A stretch of 64,000 nt of DNA. Origin: a virus. Taxonomy: Duplodnaviria > Heunggongvirae > Uroviricota > Caudoviricetes. The notes below the pieces were generated by a model. That model was not told where the DNA came from and ran no database searches. It was given only the letters and a program-made list of their open reading frames with translations. Both the position numbers and the translations under genes were made by a program. The stretch spans positions 1 to 64,000 of the IMG/VR virus record IMGVR_UViG_3300020050_013619; one strand, written 5' to 3'. Numbering within the stretch: the first letter of the stretch is position 1; each line of letters starts with the position of its first letter. This document shows, piece by piece, positions 47,527 through 57,256 of the stretch.

Positions 47527-49266
47527 ATGCAAAAGCGTTTTTTCAATTATAAGGACATTATCAAATCGTTTGATGCCAATCAAAGGGATTTTGCCATTGC
47601 GCCGAGTGGCGTATATGCTGGCTTTGATGAAATACAAGATGCGTCGGTGGGCGAAATACCCCTTTCAAGTGGCGATGTCGGTATTCGGTTTTTGCACACC
47701 ACAACAGCGATGCGATATATTGATGATAACGGCGACGATGCTATGCTGTCATGCGTCAAGTCAGAGCAAGGCGCAATCATCACCGAAACTACACGCATCA
47801 CACTACCCATTACGTCAGACCCTACATTGGATCGTATTGATGCCATCGTGTTGCGGCACGCCTATACTGAAGTATCTGGCGGCGCAGCGGCAACGTATGA
47901 AGTTATACAAGGCACTGAGGGTGAAACCGTAGAACCAACAATTTCTATTGATACGGAGCGGACGGTTATTGGTTGGCTTTTGGTCAAAGCAGGTGCCGCA
48001 GATGCAAGCGACATGGTTTGGCTGCGGAAAGAAACACCACAGTTTGGCAACAAAGATTTTCGGCAGCATCAATTGTCACTCAAAGCCATGTTGTCCGTTG
48101 CGGAACATGATGCTGTTTTAACTTTCACCAGCAATGACTTAAATCTGCCATTTACGGGCAATATCTACAAGGTGAAAGCACGTGCAACAACAGGTCAAAA
48201 CATCGTTCATCAAATGCCAGCGCGCACACGCAAGGTTTTTGGTACGGATGAAGTTGGGGCGATTGTTTGGCTGCATGTAACGGATGATTCGGTGCCGTTT
48301 ATTCTCTATGATAAGGAGAACCTACTTGAAATGGGCGCAACAGAACCCGATAGCGGCTATAAGTGGATAAAGACAGGTGCAGGTAAAGAAATATCAGTAG
48401 CAGCGGGAGGTATCGTGCAACTGATTGAACGTACCGAGTTTTGGGAGGTAACGGGTGTTATAGATTCGGCAATACACCCTAATACTCTTGCTGATAAAAT
48501 CAATAACAAAGGCACATGGTGGCTTGAAGATGATTTTATTAGTGCTGTTCGTGCCTCACTTGGTCACACTTTAGTCATTCATGGGCGTAAGGCGGTCAAT
48601 GTCAATAGTTCAGGATTTATTGAAATTGGTTTAGCAGCAACACAACGCAATGTGTTTGAAATTACCGTACCAACGGGCGTGACAGATATTTTTGGGTTAG
48701 ATGAAACATTGAAATTTACAGACCTTATAACGGGTTATGGCGCAGAGGTCATATTGAGATTCGTAACGGTTACACCTGGACGAGCCTTTCTTCGCTTAGG
48801 CTCACAACCTAATCACTTCAAAGCACAAAACGGTTTTGATTACATTGTCAAGGCGGGGTCAATCGTTAAGTGTTTACAAACAGATACAGGGCTATTCATT
48901 ATTTCGGGTGATGCCTATGAGAAATGGATAACCCCCTCAGTACCTGGCACCGTATCAACGCTGATTCGCAACGGCGCATTCCGTTACAAGATTGGTGTGG
49001 ATGGTAAAATACAATTTGAAGGTTCTGTTGAGGTAGCCATTGGTGAGACAGCGGATATTTTGGTTTTACCAACGTCGCTTTTTGCATCGGAGAATCTTTT
49101 AGGCGTGCAGGAAATCAACGTTTTCCCACTTTCGCCAGCCGTTCCAAATGCTTACAGCCGTATGACTTACGCCAATGATGGCACAAATGTAACCTTTACG
49201 ATTGAAGCGGGTAGTGGCGCATCACAAACGTTCAATTTTAAGGGAACGTACATCAATTATCGGTAG
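47527..49266 (+). CDS. putative tail fibre protein (579 aa)
   Basis: Large beta-rich ORF; TTCAACGGAATATC directly precedes the ATG; terminator downstream. Confidence 0.5.
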   Translation: MQKRFFNYKDIIKSFDANQRDFAIAPSGVYAGFDEIQDASVGEIPLSSGDVGIRFLHTTTAMRYIDDNGDDAMLSCVKSEQGAIITETTRITLPITSDPTLDRIDAIVLRHAYTEVSGGAAATYEVIQGTEGETVEPTISIDTERTVIGWLLVKAGAADASDMVWLRKETPQFGNKDFRQHQLSLKAMLSVAEHDAVLTFTSNDLNLPFTGNIYKVKARATTGQNIVHQMPARTRKVFGTDEVGAIVWLHVTDDSVPFILYDKENLLEMGATEPDSGYKWIKTGAGKEISVAAGGIVQLIERTEFWEVTGVIDSAIHPNTLADKINNKGTWWLEDDFISAVRASLGHTLVIHGRKAVNVNSSGFIEIGLAATQRNVFEITVPTGVTDIFGLDETLKFTDLITGYGAEVILRFVTVTPGRAFLRLGSQPNHFKAQNGFDYIVKAGSIVKCLQTDTGLFIISGDAYEKWITPSVPGTVSTLIRNGAFRYKIGVDGKIQFEGSVEVAIGETADILVLPTSLFASENLLGVQEINVFPLSPAVPNAYSRMTYANDGTNVTFTIEAGSGASQTFNFKGTYINYR

Positions 49267-49295
49267 GTTTGAACGAGTTTAAAGTTTAAATATTT

Positions 49296-49342
49296 TCATG
49301 CTAGACGAACGCTTGTTGGATAATACCAGCAAGCGTTTTTTG
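49296..49342 (+). terminator. intrinsic terminator after the tail fibre gene
   Basis: AACGCTTGTTGG...CCAGCAAGCGTTTTTTG. Confidence 0.6.
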
Positions 49343-49379
49343 TTTCCCTAAAAAACGCATTGTTTGACTTTTTGCAGAG

Positions 49380-50147
49380 ATGCACTATATTGTATCAGTT
49401 CATAAATACCTATCAACAATGGATGCGTCATCAAAAGGACTTATCACGGAAGCGATAAAAACAAAAATCGAAAGAATCATCAATGTTTTTGAAAACGATG
49501 ATTTTGATAAGCCCAATTACGGCTTACTGAAGGTCTATCAAGATGGGCGCAAGGTGAGAGGTATGAAAACTTTTCAAATCACCTACGGTGTGAAGCAAAC
49601 CACCGAGCAGGGCAGTTTAGCAGATTTGATTGAACTGTACTGCGCGACAACGGGCGCAAAGTTTGGAAGCGAGCTGCGTAAGTATTTGCCGCAAATTGGT
49701 ATCAAACCTTTGTACAACAACGGCTCATTCAAAAGGCTACTCATTGCGGCAGGTGATGATCCAATCATGAAGCAATGCCAAGACCAATTTTTTGATGATG
49801 TGTATTGGAAACCTGCGAAGAATTGGTTTGATGCTTTCGGGTTTAAGCTACCCCTCAGTATGTTGGTGATTTACGATAGTCAGATTCATTCAGGCGGCGT
49901 GTTACAGTTTTTGCGCAACCGATTCACCGAAAAGCCGCCAAGTTTTGGGGGCGATGAAAAACGCTGGGTTGGTGATTATGTCAAGGAGCGCGATAAATGG
50001 CTTGAATTCAATGAAGATTCCTTGCTCCGTAAAACAGATTATCGAACAGACTGCTTTTTAGAGCAAATGAGAAATGACAATTGGCTACTTGACAAAACGG
50101 TACGCATACTTGACGGTAATGGTCATTTGAAAGCCAATGTCTTGTAA
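49380..50147 (+). CDS. putative endolysin, lysozyme-like superfamily (GH46/chitosanase-like fold)
   Basis: ENDDFD...YQDGRKVRGMKTFQITYG resembles the GH46 N-terminal catalytic region; precedes a spanin-like gene pair. Confidence 0.45.
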   Translation: MHYIVSVHKYLSTMDASSKGLITEAIKTKIERIINVFENDDFDKPNYGLLKVYQDGRKVRGMKTFQITYGVKQTTEQGSLADLIELYCATTGAKFGSELRKYLPQIGIKPLYNNGSFKRLLIAAGDDPIMKQCQDQFFDDVYWKPAKNWFDAFGFKLPLSMLVIYDSQIHSGGVLQFLRNRFTEKPPSFGGDEKRWVGDYVKERDKWLEFNEDSLLRKTDYRTDCFLEQMRNDNWLLDKTVRILDGNGHLKANVL

Positions 50148-50232
50148 AAAGGTGTAGATTGAAGAGTATTGAAAAGAACTGCTGACAATGATATGAACAT
50201 ATCTCGTAATAATCCAAACAACTCAACAAAAA

Positions 50233-50604
50233 ATGAATAATCAGTTTACGCCTGATAAAACGGGCTATAAGGTCATTGACGCAGTTCTTTATTGTTTTTC
50301 GTATTTATTCTCAACGTCACGAAAGGACATAAGAGCTTTTTCGTTGGTTGCCTTTATTCTCATCGCGGTCGTTGGTTGGGGGCTTTTTGTGAGAGAGGTT
50401 ATCGCAACGCCAAAGAAAATAGACAATGCACGAAAAGAGGAAAGAGAACTGTGTCGTGTTGAAATATCACTTTTGAGAAGGGATATTGACACATTGAAAA
50501 AACAATTTCTTGAATTAGAAATCGAATACAAAAAGTCGGAAAAGGAGGCAAATGAATCTATTACCCGACTATATGAAAGAATCATTAAAAATAAGGAACA
50601 ATGA
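50233..50604 (+). CDS. i-spanin-like protein (N-terminal TM plus coiled coil)
   Basis: TM segment FSLVAFILIAVVGWGLFV followed by a charged coiled-coil region; stop overlaps the next gene's start. Confidence 0.35.
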   Translation: MNNQFTPDKTGYKVIDAVLYCFSYLFSTSRKDIRAFSLVAFILIAVVGWGLFVREVIATPKKIDNARKEERELCRVEISLLRRDIDTLKKQFLELEIEYKKSEKEANESITRLYERIIKNKEQ

Positions 50605-50861
50605 AATCAGCTTTCTTTTTAGCCATATTTTTCGCATCGTGCATTGCACTGCCTTTTCAGTCACAGAAGATAACGGATCAATTCAACAATGACTGCTGCC
50701 CAAAAGAGGGACACAAATCCGCGATAACGCCCTCTTTTGCAGACACGACAAAACAGCTCAAACAAGAGCGAGATAGTTTGAAAAAGGACCGACTGAAAAA
50801 GCAAAGGGCGATTGAGCGCATGTTGAATGAGGAGGCTAAAACGAAAGCCAAAAAACCTTAA
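50601..50861 (+). CDS. o-spanin-like lipoprotein
   Basis: Signal peptide with a lipobox-like FASC, Cys pair, basic C-terminus; ATGA overlap with the upstream gene. Confidence 0.35.
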   Translation: MKSAFFLAIFFASCIALPFQSQKITDQFNNDCCPKEGHKSAITPSFADTTKQLKQERDSLKKDRLKKQRAIERMLNEEAKTKAKKP

Positions 50862-50872
50862 AAACCTAAATA

Positions 50873-51610
50873 ATGGAAAAGAAAAATCGGATAGCTGTTA
50901 ATCTTATATGGTGTATCATTGGTATCATCATCGGTGCGGTTGGTATGACTGCTTACAAAAAAGGCGATGTAAAGCCGACGGATAACACGTCTATCATCGT
51001 TGCTGCTCAACCTACACTGGGGCATATACTTGACTCATTAGAGTACGCCAAAAATGCCACAGCATTATTGGTTGCGAGAGATTCAGTGACGGTGCTTGAA
51101 AAAAAGTATCGTCAATTATTGGGCAAGTTCGTAATTGGCGACACGGTTAGAACTAAAGTTCAGGCATCAACGCCCATTCCGCAGACAGTCATCATTCGTA
51201 TTCGCGACACAGTTTGTCCTGATGATATACTTGTGAAAGCTAAAATAGACACCCCTCAGTATAAGTCGCAGTATGGATTGAAATTGCCTTACGAACTCAA
51301 TATTGAAAATGCGTTTGTGGGTATTTCAATTGGCATCAATAAGGATTCTGCCATACTTCGGCAGTTGAATATTTACAGTCAGGTTGAGGTTGAAAAATCA
51401 GAAAAGAATTTGCCTGGTTATAAGATTCAGCGCACGGTCATGTTCAAACGAAGTAATCCTTACATAACCGCTTTTTCAGACGGTTATATCGAAGAACCAA
51501 GATTGACAAATAAGGGACTCATACTCAAACAGGCTAAAGTAGCTGCGTGGACCATTCCGATAACCTTTGCAGCCACTTATTTTTCAGTTAAACAGGGTTG
51601 GATTAAATAG
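50873..51610 (+). CDS. membrane-anchored protein (245 aa)
   Basis: N-terminal TM segment IWCIIGIIIGAVGMTAY. Confidence 0.4.
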   Translation: MEKKNRIAVNLIWCIIGIIIGAVGMTAYKKGDVKPTDNTSIIVAAQPTLGHILDSLEYAKNATALLVARDSVTVLEKKYRQLLGKFVIGDTVRTKVQASTPIPQTVIIRIRDTVCPDDILVKAKIDTPQYKSQYGLKLPYELNIENAFVGISIGINKDSAILRQLNIYSQVEVEKSEKNLPGYKIQRTVMFKRSNPYITAFSDGYIEEPRLTNKGLILKQAKVAAWTIPITFAATYFSVKQGWIK

Positions 51611-51682
51611 TAAACATTAGGCAATCAGACTGCCAACAACGGAATATCAAGTAATTACTCATATTTTTAAAACGTTTTAGAG

Positions 51683-52228
51683 ATGAAATTTAAAAAGTTC
51701 TTGTTCTTATCATTTGCATTTTTGCTTTCATTTGCGCCGATGGATAACATTGCTGCGCAGGCAGCAAGCCCCACAGTCGCCGACACCCCAGCAGTGGCAC
51801 AGTCAACGGCTGTCAAAACAACACAACCGTCCGAGACAGCAGCATTGCCTGCGGCAACTAATACCGATACCAATCTGATTGGTACGGTTGAGTTGCGGAA
51901 GTTGGACTTCAGTACGCCGCAAAATGCAAAAGACACCATTATTTGGTTACTCACAACGCTTCTTGCCATATTGTTTGGCTACTCAAAAACGGTTAAGGAG
52001 TGGGCGGCAAAAGACGCTAATCTAAAGGGGCTAAGAATTGGTGTTGCAATTGTGCCAGTTATTGTCGTTGGATTATTATTTGGTTTCAAAGGCGATTGGT
52101 TGCAATTGTTGTGGGATACCATCTCGACTTTGTTTTTTGCTGGGGGTGCTGTTGGTATATTTATTAACCCTCTTGTAAAATCAACTAAACAATACGATGT
52201 CAATAAATTTGACGGGTCATTGAATTAA
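51683..52228 (+). CDS. membrane protein, possible holin-like (181 aa)
   Basis: Signal-like N-terminus plus three hydrophobic segments in the C-terminal half. Confidence 0.35.
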   Translation: MKFKKFLFLSFAFLLSFAPMDNIAAQAASPTVADTPAVAQSTAVKTTQPSETAALPAATNTDTNLIGTVELRKLDFSTPQNAKDTIIWLLTTLLAILFGYSKTVKEWAAKDANLKGLRIGVAIVPVIVVGLLFGFKGDWLQLLWDTISTLFFAGGAVGIFINPLVKSTKQYDVNKFDGSLN

Positions 52229-52320
52229 AGTTATATTCTTTTTTTTATTTTGAGAGAGAGATATTAAATTGACTATATTTGCAAGATGATTAATAATCAA
52301 CGGAATATCTTTTTAACATT

Positions 52321-52364
52321 AAAACGCTTTATTATACATTTTGTATAATAAGGCGTTTTTTCAT
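52321..52364 (+). terminator. strong hairpin with T-run upstream of the HU-like gene
   Basis: 16-bp stem AACGCTTTATTATACA/TGTATAATAAGGCGTT, loop TTT, then TTTTTT. Confidence 0.55.
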
Positions 52365-52381
52365 TAACCTATGACACATAT

Positions 52382-52693
52382 ATGATTACTCAAAAACATT
52401 TATTGGATATTGTAGCCAAAAAAAAAGGATTTGGTCGATATACGCTCGAATATTATACCAATTGCTTATTGATGGAAATTGCCGAACAACTAAAAAAAGG
52501 TGAAACGGTTGATTTAGGTGAATTTGGGCAGTTCAAGCCATCGGCAGTCAAAGAGCATGTACTTTCCTTCAATAGTAAAGTCACCGTTCCAGCCCATACC
52601 AAAATCACTTTTTCAAATAGTGATATTCTGAAAGGATACATCAACGATGATATTAAGCTGTTTAAGATGGAAACAAAAAAACCCCCTCAGTAA
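52382..52693 (+). CDS. HU/IHF-like DNA-binding protein
   Basis: VDLGEFGQFKP...VTVPAHTKITFSNSDILK matches the HU-family core (L.GFG.F...IP....V.F...LK). Confidence 0.55.
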   Translation: MITQKHLLDIVAKKKGFGRYTLEYYTNCLLMEIAEQLKKGETVDLGEFGQFKPSAVKEHVLSFNSKVTVPAHTKITFSNSDILKGYINDDIKLFKMETKKPPQ

Positions 52694-52705
52694 CTGAGAG
52701 GGTTC
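52676..52705. terminator. hairpin after the HU-like gene, carrying the CCCTCAGT motif as an inverted pair
   Basis: ACCCCCTCAGTAACTGAGAGGGTT. Confidence 0.45.
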
Positions 52706-52740
52706 ACTAATCAACGGAATATCAAATCAACTACTAGGAG

Positions 52741-53158
52741 AGAGATGATATTACTATCTTTATACCCAGTGCACAAAACGCAGTGGGTTATTTTTTTTTG
52801 CCTTAGGGATACGTATTATTGTAAGTTATGTGCTGCTGTTTTGGTTGGATTTTTTCTCAAAGATGTTCAATTAGATGGTTGCGTATGGCAAAAGTAGTTA
52901 TAAGCTGCTGAAAAATCAAAATTTTTTATTTACAATATAAATGATTTTTAATCAAAAAAATCGTTTTTAAGTACAATTTGATACATTTTTAACCATTTTA
53001 GATTACAAACAATCATATTTTTAACAAAAAATAAATAATTAACAAGTCTATTTTGAATGTTACTTTTTCGTTAAATCAGTCTGCCTGCTATTTTTTGAAC
53101 GGTGTGAATTATTTTTTGTTAAATTTGTGATTTTATTACAAAACTAACTGAGTTAAAA
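52741..53158. other. 418-bp AT-rich non-coding region at the late/early boundary (candidate origin or regulatory region)
   Basis: No ORF; repeated ATTTTTAA-type words; ends in an early promoter (TAAATTTG at 53120..53127). Confidence 0.4.
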
Positions 53159-53548
53159 GTGAGAGAGTTCAAACGATTTAAAGCCGAACCAAACTCGGTT
53201 CGGGCAAGGGTAAAAGTACCTTTTGTGTTAAAAAACAGGGTTGAGGTCTTTTTTCATAAATGGATTAGATATGAAAAAGGCATAAGACTTACTGATGCTT
53301 ACATCTATTGCCTACAAGAATGTATTAATTGCCACCTAAACGATGCTGATTTTTTTAACGACATTATTGGAAAGGAGCTGTATAAGGAAGATGTAACGGG
53401 CGAAGAGTCAATGATAATTCTCCCTCGTGATGTTTCAAACGGTATTGATATGCTGAAAGATGTGATGCGTTACAACAACAAGCAAAAGACAATTATCTCA
53501 TGTATTGGCGTTGGCATCACTTTGTTCGAGAAGCAAATGGCGGTCTAG
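53159..53548 (+). CDS. hypothetical protein, paralogous to 53649..54029 (GTG start in the track; start uncertain)
   Basis: Shared pattern RA.VP..L.NR....F...I.Y..I...D.Y with the downstream paralog; early promoter upstream. Confidence 0.4.
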   Translation: MREFKRFKAEPNSVRARVKVPFVLKNRVEVFFHKWIRYEKGIRLTDAYIYCLQECINCHLNDADFFNDIIGKELYKEDVTGEESMIILPRDVSNGIDMLKDVMRYNNKQKTIISCIGVGITLFEKQMAV

Positions 53549-53603
53549 TACTTGTTTTTTTTCTATTACGAGAAAAAAAATTTTGTGGTTCAGATTAAAC
53601 TGT

Positions 53604-53632
53604 TAATTTTGTGACTGAAATTAAATAAAAAA
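53604..53632 (+). promoter_or_regulatory. early promoter
   Basis: TAATTTTGTGACTGAAATTAAATAA. Confidence 0.5.
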
Positions 53633-53648
53633 AATTAAAGTCAAAATC

Positions 53649-54029
53649 ATGGTAGATACTTTTGAGGATAAAGCAACCGATAATATAGTCATAGAAAGAT
53701 TACCCGAAGAGGGTATTACAATTCGTGCGTCAGTGCCAATTCGCCTACAAAACAGGATACGGGAAAGATTTGAAGGTACAATCAAGTACGCCGAGATAAG
53801 CATACGTGATGTGTACGGCGCATTGATTCGTCGGGCATTAAATTTGCCACAAGAAGAATTTGACAACTTCGCCAATTGCGAGGATGGTGAATACAAGCTA
53901 TCCGTTGGTACGCATTTTCACATGCCGACCGATATATCGAAAGGGCTGGATAGAGTTCGTGAGGAAAGACGTATCTTGAAAAAAGAGGCGTTTTTGTTGG
54001 CTCTTAGAGTTGGATTCGCATCGCTGTAA
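53649..54029 (+). CDS. hypothetical protein, paralogous to 53159..53548
   Basis: IRASVPIRLQNRIRERFEGTIKYAEISIRDVYGALI aligns with the upstream paralog. Confidence 0.45.
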   Translation: MVDTFEDKATDNIVIERLPEEGITIRASVPIRLQNRIRERFEGTIKYAEISIRDVYGALIRRALNLPQEEFDNFANCEDGEYKLSVGTHFHMPTDISKGLDRVREERRILKKEAFLLALRVGFASL

Positions 54030-54065
54030 AAATTTGAAGATACTCTCTTAGATATTGAATTGATG

Positions 54066-54101
54066 AAAGCCGCACGTAAGATGCGGCTTTTTTTATGCCC
54101 A
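54066..54101 (+). terminator. intrinsic terminator
   Basis: AAAGCCGCACGTAAGATGCGGCTTTTTTT. Confidence 0.6.
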
Positions 54102-54178
54102 AAATAAGGTTTTCACAAAGTCACAAAAATTTATTTCATTTTTTTTCATATAACTATTGCATTGTCAAAAATAGATGT

Positions 54179-54227
54179 TAAATTTGTGACTGAAAATAAA
54201 TAATAAAATTCAACGGAATATTTAAAC
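54179..54227 (+). promoter_or_regulatory. early promoter plus leader motif
   Basis: TAAATTTGTGACTGAAAATAAATAATAAAATTCAACGGAATATTT. Confidence 0.5.
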
Positions 54228-54237
54228 AACTTTTCCC

Positions 54238-54912
54238 ATGTATAAAAATGTGTCTGAAAAATACATCAACGCCTGCGGTTCTTCAATCGCATTGGTTACG
54301 ACCAGAATAAAACAGGGTTCTGTTTTTAACCGTCATTACAGTCATGTATCAAAATCGGTAATTGAGCCAGTTGCAAACGCCATTACAGTTATCGGCTATG
54401 AATCACATGATGTGGTTTATTTCGGCGAACATGATAAAATGCCCACTATTGAGCGTCGGTACAATCTTATTTATGAGGATAATACTGAGGGGGGATTGGG
54501 TCGCACAACGGATTATACAGAATTGGTTAATTGCCCATCTTGGGTTGTGGGTATGAATTTTTCTAGTTTTTCTGATTTCCTACGCTTTTACGGTAAAATG
54601 GAATCAAACAAAGACTACGTGCGCTACGCCGATAAAATCGCTGCCTACTACACAGAAAAATTATCTGAACGCGATTGTATTGATGTTCAGTTGACAAGCC
54701 TGCAAACATGGGCTTTCAACGATAATTTTGTAAAGGGTCGTTACATCAAAAACATTATTATGGCGACTATGAACAGTGGTGATGCCGTTATTTCAGAGTG
54801 TGGCAATATCGTTCGCCGATTGGATAAATTGGGGCGATTGGATAAAATACCGCAGTTTATGGAACTGCTTGCAACCAAAATTAATATCAAATTATTCAAT
54901 GAGAATATTTGA
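54238..54912 (+). CDS. hypothetical protein (224 aa)
   Basis: ORF after a promoter. Confidence 0.45.
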   Translation: MYKNVSEKYINACGSSIALVTTRIKQGSVFNRHYSHVSKSVIEPVANAITVIGYESHDVVYFGEHDKMPTIERRYNLIYEDNTEGGLGRTTDYTELVNCPSWVVGMNFSSFSDFLRFYGKMESNKDYVRYADKIAAYYTEKLSERDCIDVQLTSLQTWAFNDNFVKGRYIKNIIMATMNSGDAVISECGNIVRRLDKLGRLDKIPQFMELLATKINIKLFNENI

Positions 54913-54931
54913 TTTTGTGGTGTAAATGTGT

Positions 54932-54978
54932 TAAATTTGTGATTATATTTATTTAATAATTTCAACGGAATATCAAAA
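54932..54978 (+). promoter_or_regulatory. early promoter plus leader motif
   Basis: TAAATTTGTGATTATATTTATTTAATAATTTCAACGGAATATCAAAA. Confidence 0.45.
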
Positions 54979-55119
54979 ATGACTATCGAAGAACTTAACG
55001 CCGACGGCTGGCATGAATTGCAGCCCATCGAGCCACAAACCACAGACATTCGTCCATCTCGCCAAATGCGTGATGAGCTTTTAGAGGCTCAACACTATGA
55101 GTATCTGGACGAGCAGTAA
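54979..55119 (+). CDS. possible small acidic protein (46 aa)
   Basis: The ATG follows the leader motif directly; MTIEELNADGWHELQPIEPQTTDIRPSRQMRDELLEAQHYEYLDEQ; below the ORF-track cutoff. Confidence 0.3.
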   Translation: MTIEELNADGWHELQPIEPQTTDIRPSRQMRDELLEAQHYEYLDEQ

Positions 55120-55156
55120 ATAATATTTTTTTAACAATTCAATCAACGGAGTATTT

Positions 55157-56314
55157 ATGAAAATCGTAAGACCGACAGATGCGATTCCACCTCGCACTAC
55201 AATCGTTATTATCTATGGCGATTCAGGAACTGGGAAAACCTCCTTAGCATTTACAGCTAAAAGACCATTATTGTTAGCCTTTGAAGAAGGCGTTGAGCGT
55301 TCGTTCGCAGATGGACGCGGTATTTTTGTGCCTGTTGCAACATGGCAAGAATTATTAGTCGAAATGGATTCAGATAATGGTGAATTGGTTACGCTAATCC
55401 GTGAAGAAAACATTCAGACACTTATTGCGGACACTGCTGGAACGGCTATTCAGTCACAAATTACTGACTACGTAAAGTCGTTGGGAGGTAAACTGACGAC
55501 TAAGGGCGGTTCTGCTTTGTCAATGGATGGATGGCAGCACGCAAGCAATGAGTTTGGTAAACTTATCAAGTTCGCTAAAAAATTCAATTTAGACCTTATC
55601 TGTTTGGCTCACTCAAAAGGTGATGGTAAAGAGCAAAAGATGGATATTGATGTGCAAGGTTCGGCACGTGGTATCTTGACCAAACACAGCGACATCATCG
55701 CTTACATTTCAACAGATGGTCGTGGTCAACGCTGGATTGAATTAGACGGTACAGAAGACAAAGTCGGCAAAAATCCTGCTCGTATTGGCAGACAAATGAT
55801 TCCCGCTTGCTCAACCAAAGATAAATACCCAACATTCTTAGAAAATGAAATCATATCTAAGACTAAGGCGGCTATGTTTGGGCAAACAGAGCAACAGCGT
55901 AAAGTTGCGGACCTTTACAAGTCGCTCAACGAGCAATTGAATAAGGCAGAAGAATTCAGTGAAGTTGCTGAATTGTTTGGTAAAGCCACTACACTACCTA
56001 CTTCACTGCAATTTGCATTTATTGACGGTTGCAAAAAGGCGATGAAAACCTTATACACTACCAAGATTCTTGCAACAGTTAAAAAAGCCACGGAGTTAAC
56101 TACATTAGTAAAGGGTTTCCGCAATGATACAGAAATCCCTAAAATACTACAAGATGCCGTTGGTGCAGCAATTATGAGCCGTTCTAAAGAGTTGGGATTT
56201 ACATTTTCAACAGAAAAAGGCAAGTTTATTAAAGCCGACGGTACAGAGGAAGAAACACCAGCAGCGGAAGACAAGGTAAACGAAACAGCAAATGAGGAAG
56301 CTACTCAAAATTAG
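55157..56314 (+). CDS. P-loop ATPase (RecA-like/Sak4-type recombination or replication ATPase)
   Basis: Walker A IYGDSGTGKTS; Walker-B-like DLICLAHSKG; leader motif upstream. Confidence 0.55.
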   Translation: MKIVRPTDAIPPRTTIVIIYGDSGTGKTSLAFTAKRPLLLAFEEGVERSFADGRGIFVPVATWQELLVEMDSDNGELVTLIREENIQTLIADTAGTAIQSQITDYVKSLGGKLTTKGGSALSMDGWQHASNEFGKLIKFAKKFNLDLICLAHSKGDGKEQKMDIDVQGSARGILTKHSDIIAYISTDGRGQRWIELDGTEDKVGKNPARIGRQMIPACSTKDKYPTFLENEIISKTKAAMFGQTEQQRKVADLYKSLNEQLNKAEEFSEVAELFGKATTLPTSLQFAFIDGCKKAMKTLYTTKILATVKKATELTTLVKGFRNDTEIPKILQDAVGAAIMSRSKELGFTFSTEKGKFIKADGTEEETPAAEDKVNETANEEATQN

Positions 56315-56993
56315 TCCATCTACACTTAGCCAATTCTGTGCCTATCAGACTGAAAAGTTTGAGGGCACAGATTGGCAGGTGACAAAAGAAGGCTTGATTG
56401 CTTTCTTAAAAGGTCAAAAACTGTGGTCGCCTGCTTTGACCAAAGGACATATCTTTCACAAACTTTTGGAGTTGGGTACTGAGGGGTATGTGCAAACAGA
56501 TGGCAGTTTGCGTGTGGCTTCAAAATCTAAAAACGAAACAATCTATTTTGACGACTACACACGGCGACTGATTGACCGTTTTCGGGAATTGCATCCCGAA
56601 ATGATTCACGAAGTACCGTGTCAACTCAAAATGTCGGTGTTGGGATATGAAATCATATCTAATATGCGAATGGATGCCATTAATCCATTTCCACTACGGA
56701 TTCACGATTTCAAAACCTCATCAAAGCAATACGGACGTGTTTTTGAGGATGAGTATTATGACTCGATGCAGTGGCGCATGTATTTGCTTGCGTGCGATGA
56801 TGTCGATAATTTTCAGTACGACATCTTTCATTTTCAAGATAACGTACCTGGCGCAACACGTTCAATCGAGTATTACAATTTTCAGTTTTGGCGCGAATCG
56901 GACATGGAAAGCCTTGTCGGTGAGTACATGATGGGGTTGATTCAATTTTGCGAAAGGAATGGATTAATTGATTTTTTAACAGTTAAAAGCTAA
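56292..56993 (+). CDS. PD-(D/E)xK nuclease (RecB/Cas4/lambda-Exo-like)
   Basis: MRMDAINPFPLRIHDFKTSSK resembles the ID...D-x-K(T) motif; overlaps the ATPase gene end. Confidence 0.45.
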   Translation: MRKLLKISPSTLSQFCAYQTEKFEGTDWQVTKEGLIAFLKGQKLWSPALTKGHIFHKLLELGTEGYVQTDGSLRVASKSKNETIYFDDYTRRLIDRFRELHPEMIHEVPCQLKMSVLGYEIISNMRMDAINPFPLRIHDFKTSSKQYGRVFEDEYYDSMQWRMYLLACDDVDNFQYDIFHFQDNVPGATRSIEYYNFQFWRESDMESLVGEYMMGLIQFCERNGLIDFLTVKS

Positions 56994-56997
56994 TAAA

Positions 56998-57249
56998 ATG
57001 GATGAATTTGAATACTTTGGTTTAGAAGCAGCAGCCATGCAAGCAGAAGCCGAGGCATACGCTGAGGCAGAATATGCACAACAACAAGCTGAGGCAGAAT
57101 ACAATTATGAACAAGAGCAACGAGAATTCGAAATTACTCAAGCTAATTTAATGCTTGATAAAATCAATGATGAAATCGAAAACTTACGAGAAAGAATTTT
57201 AGAATTACAGGAAAAAAAGCAAGAAATTTTATCATCTATAAAAAGCTAA
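56998..57249 (+). CDS. small acidic coiled-coil protein with an AEAEAY low-complexity run (83 aa)
   Basis: EAAAMQAEAEAYAEAEYAQQQAEAEY. Confidence 0.4.
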   Translation: MDEFEYFGLEAAAMQAEAEAYAEAEYAQQQAEAEYNYEQEQREFEITQANLMLDKINDEIENLRERILELQEKKQEILSSIKS

Positions 57250-57256
57250 AATAACA

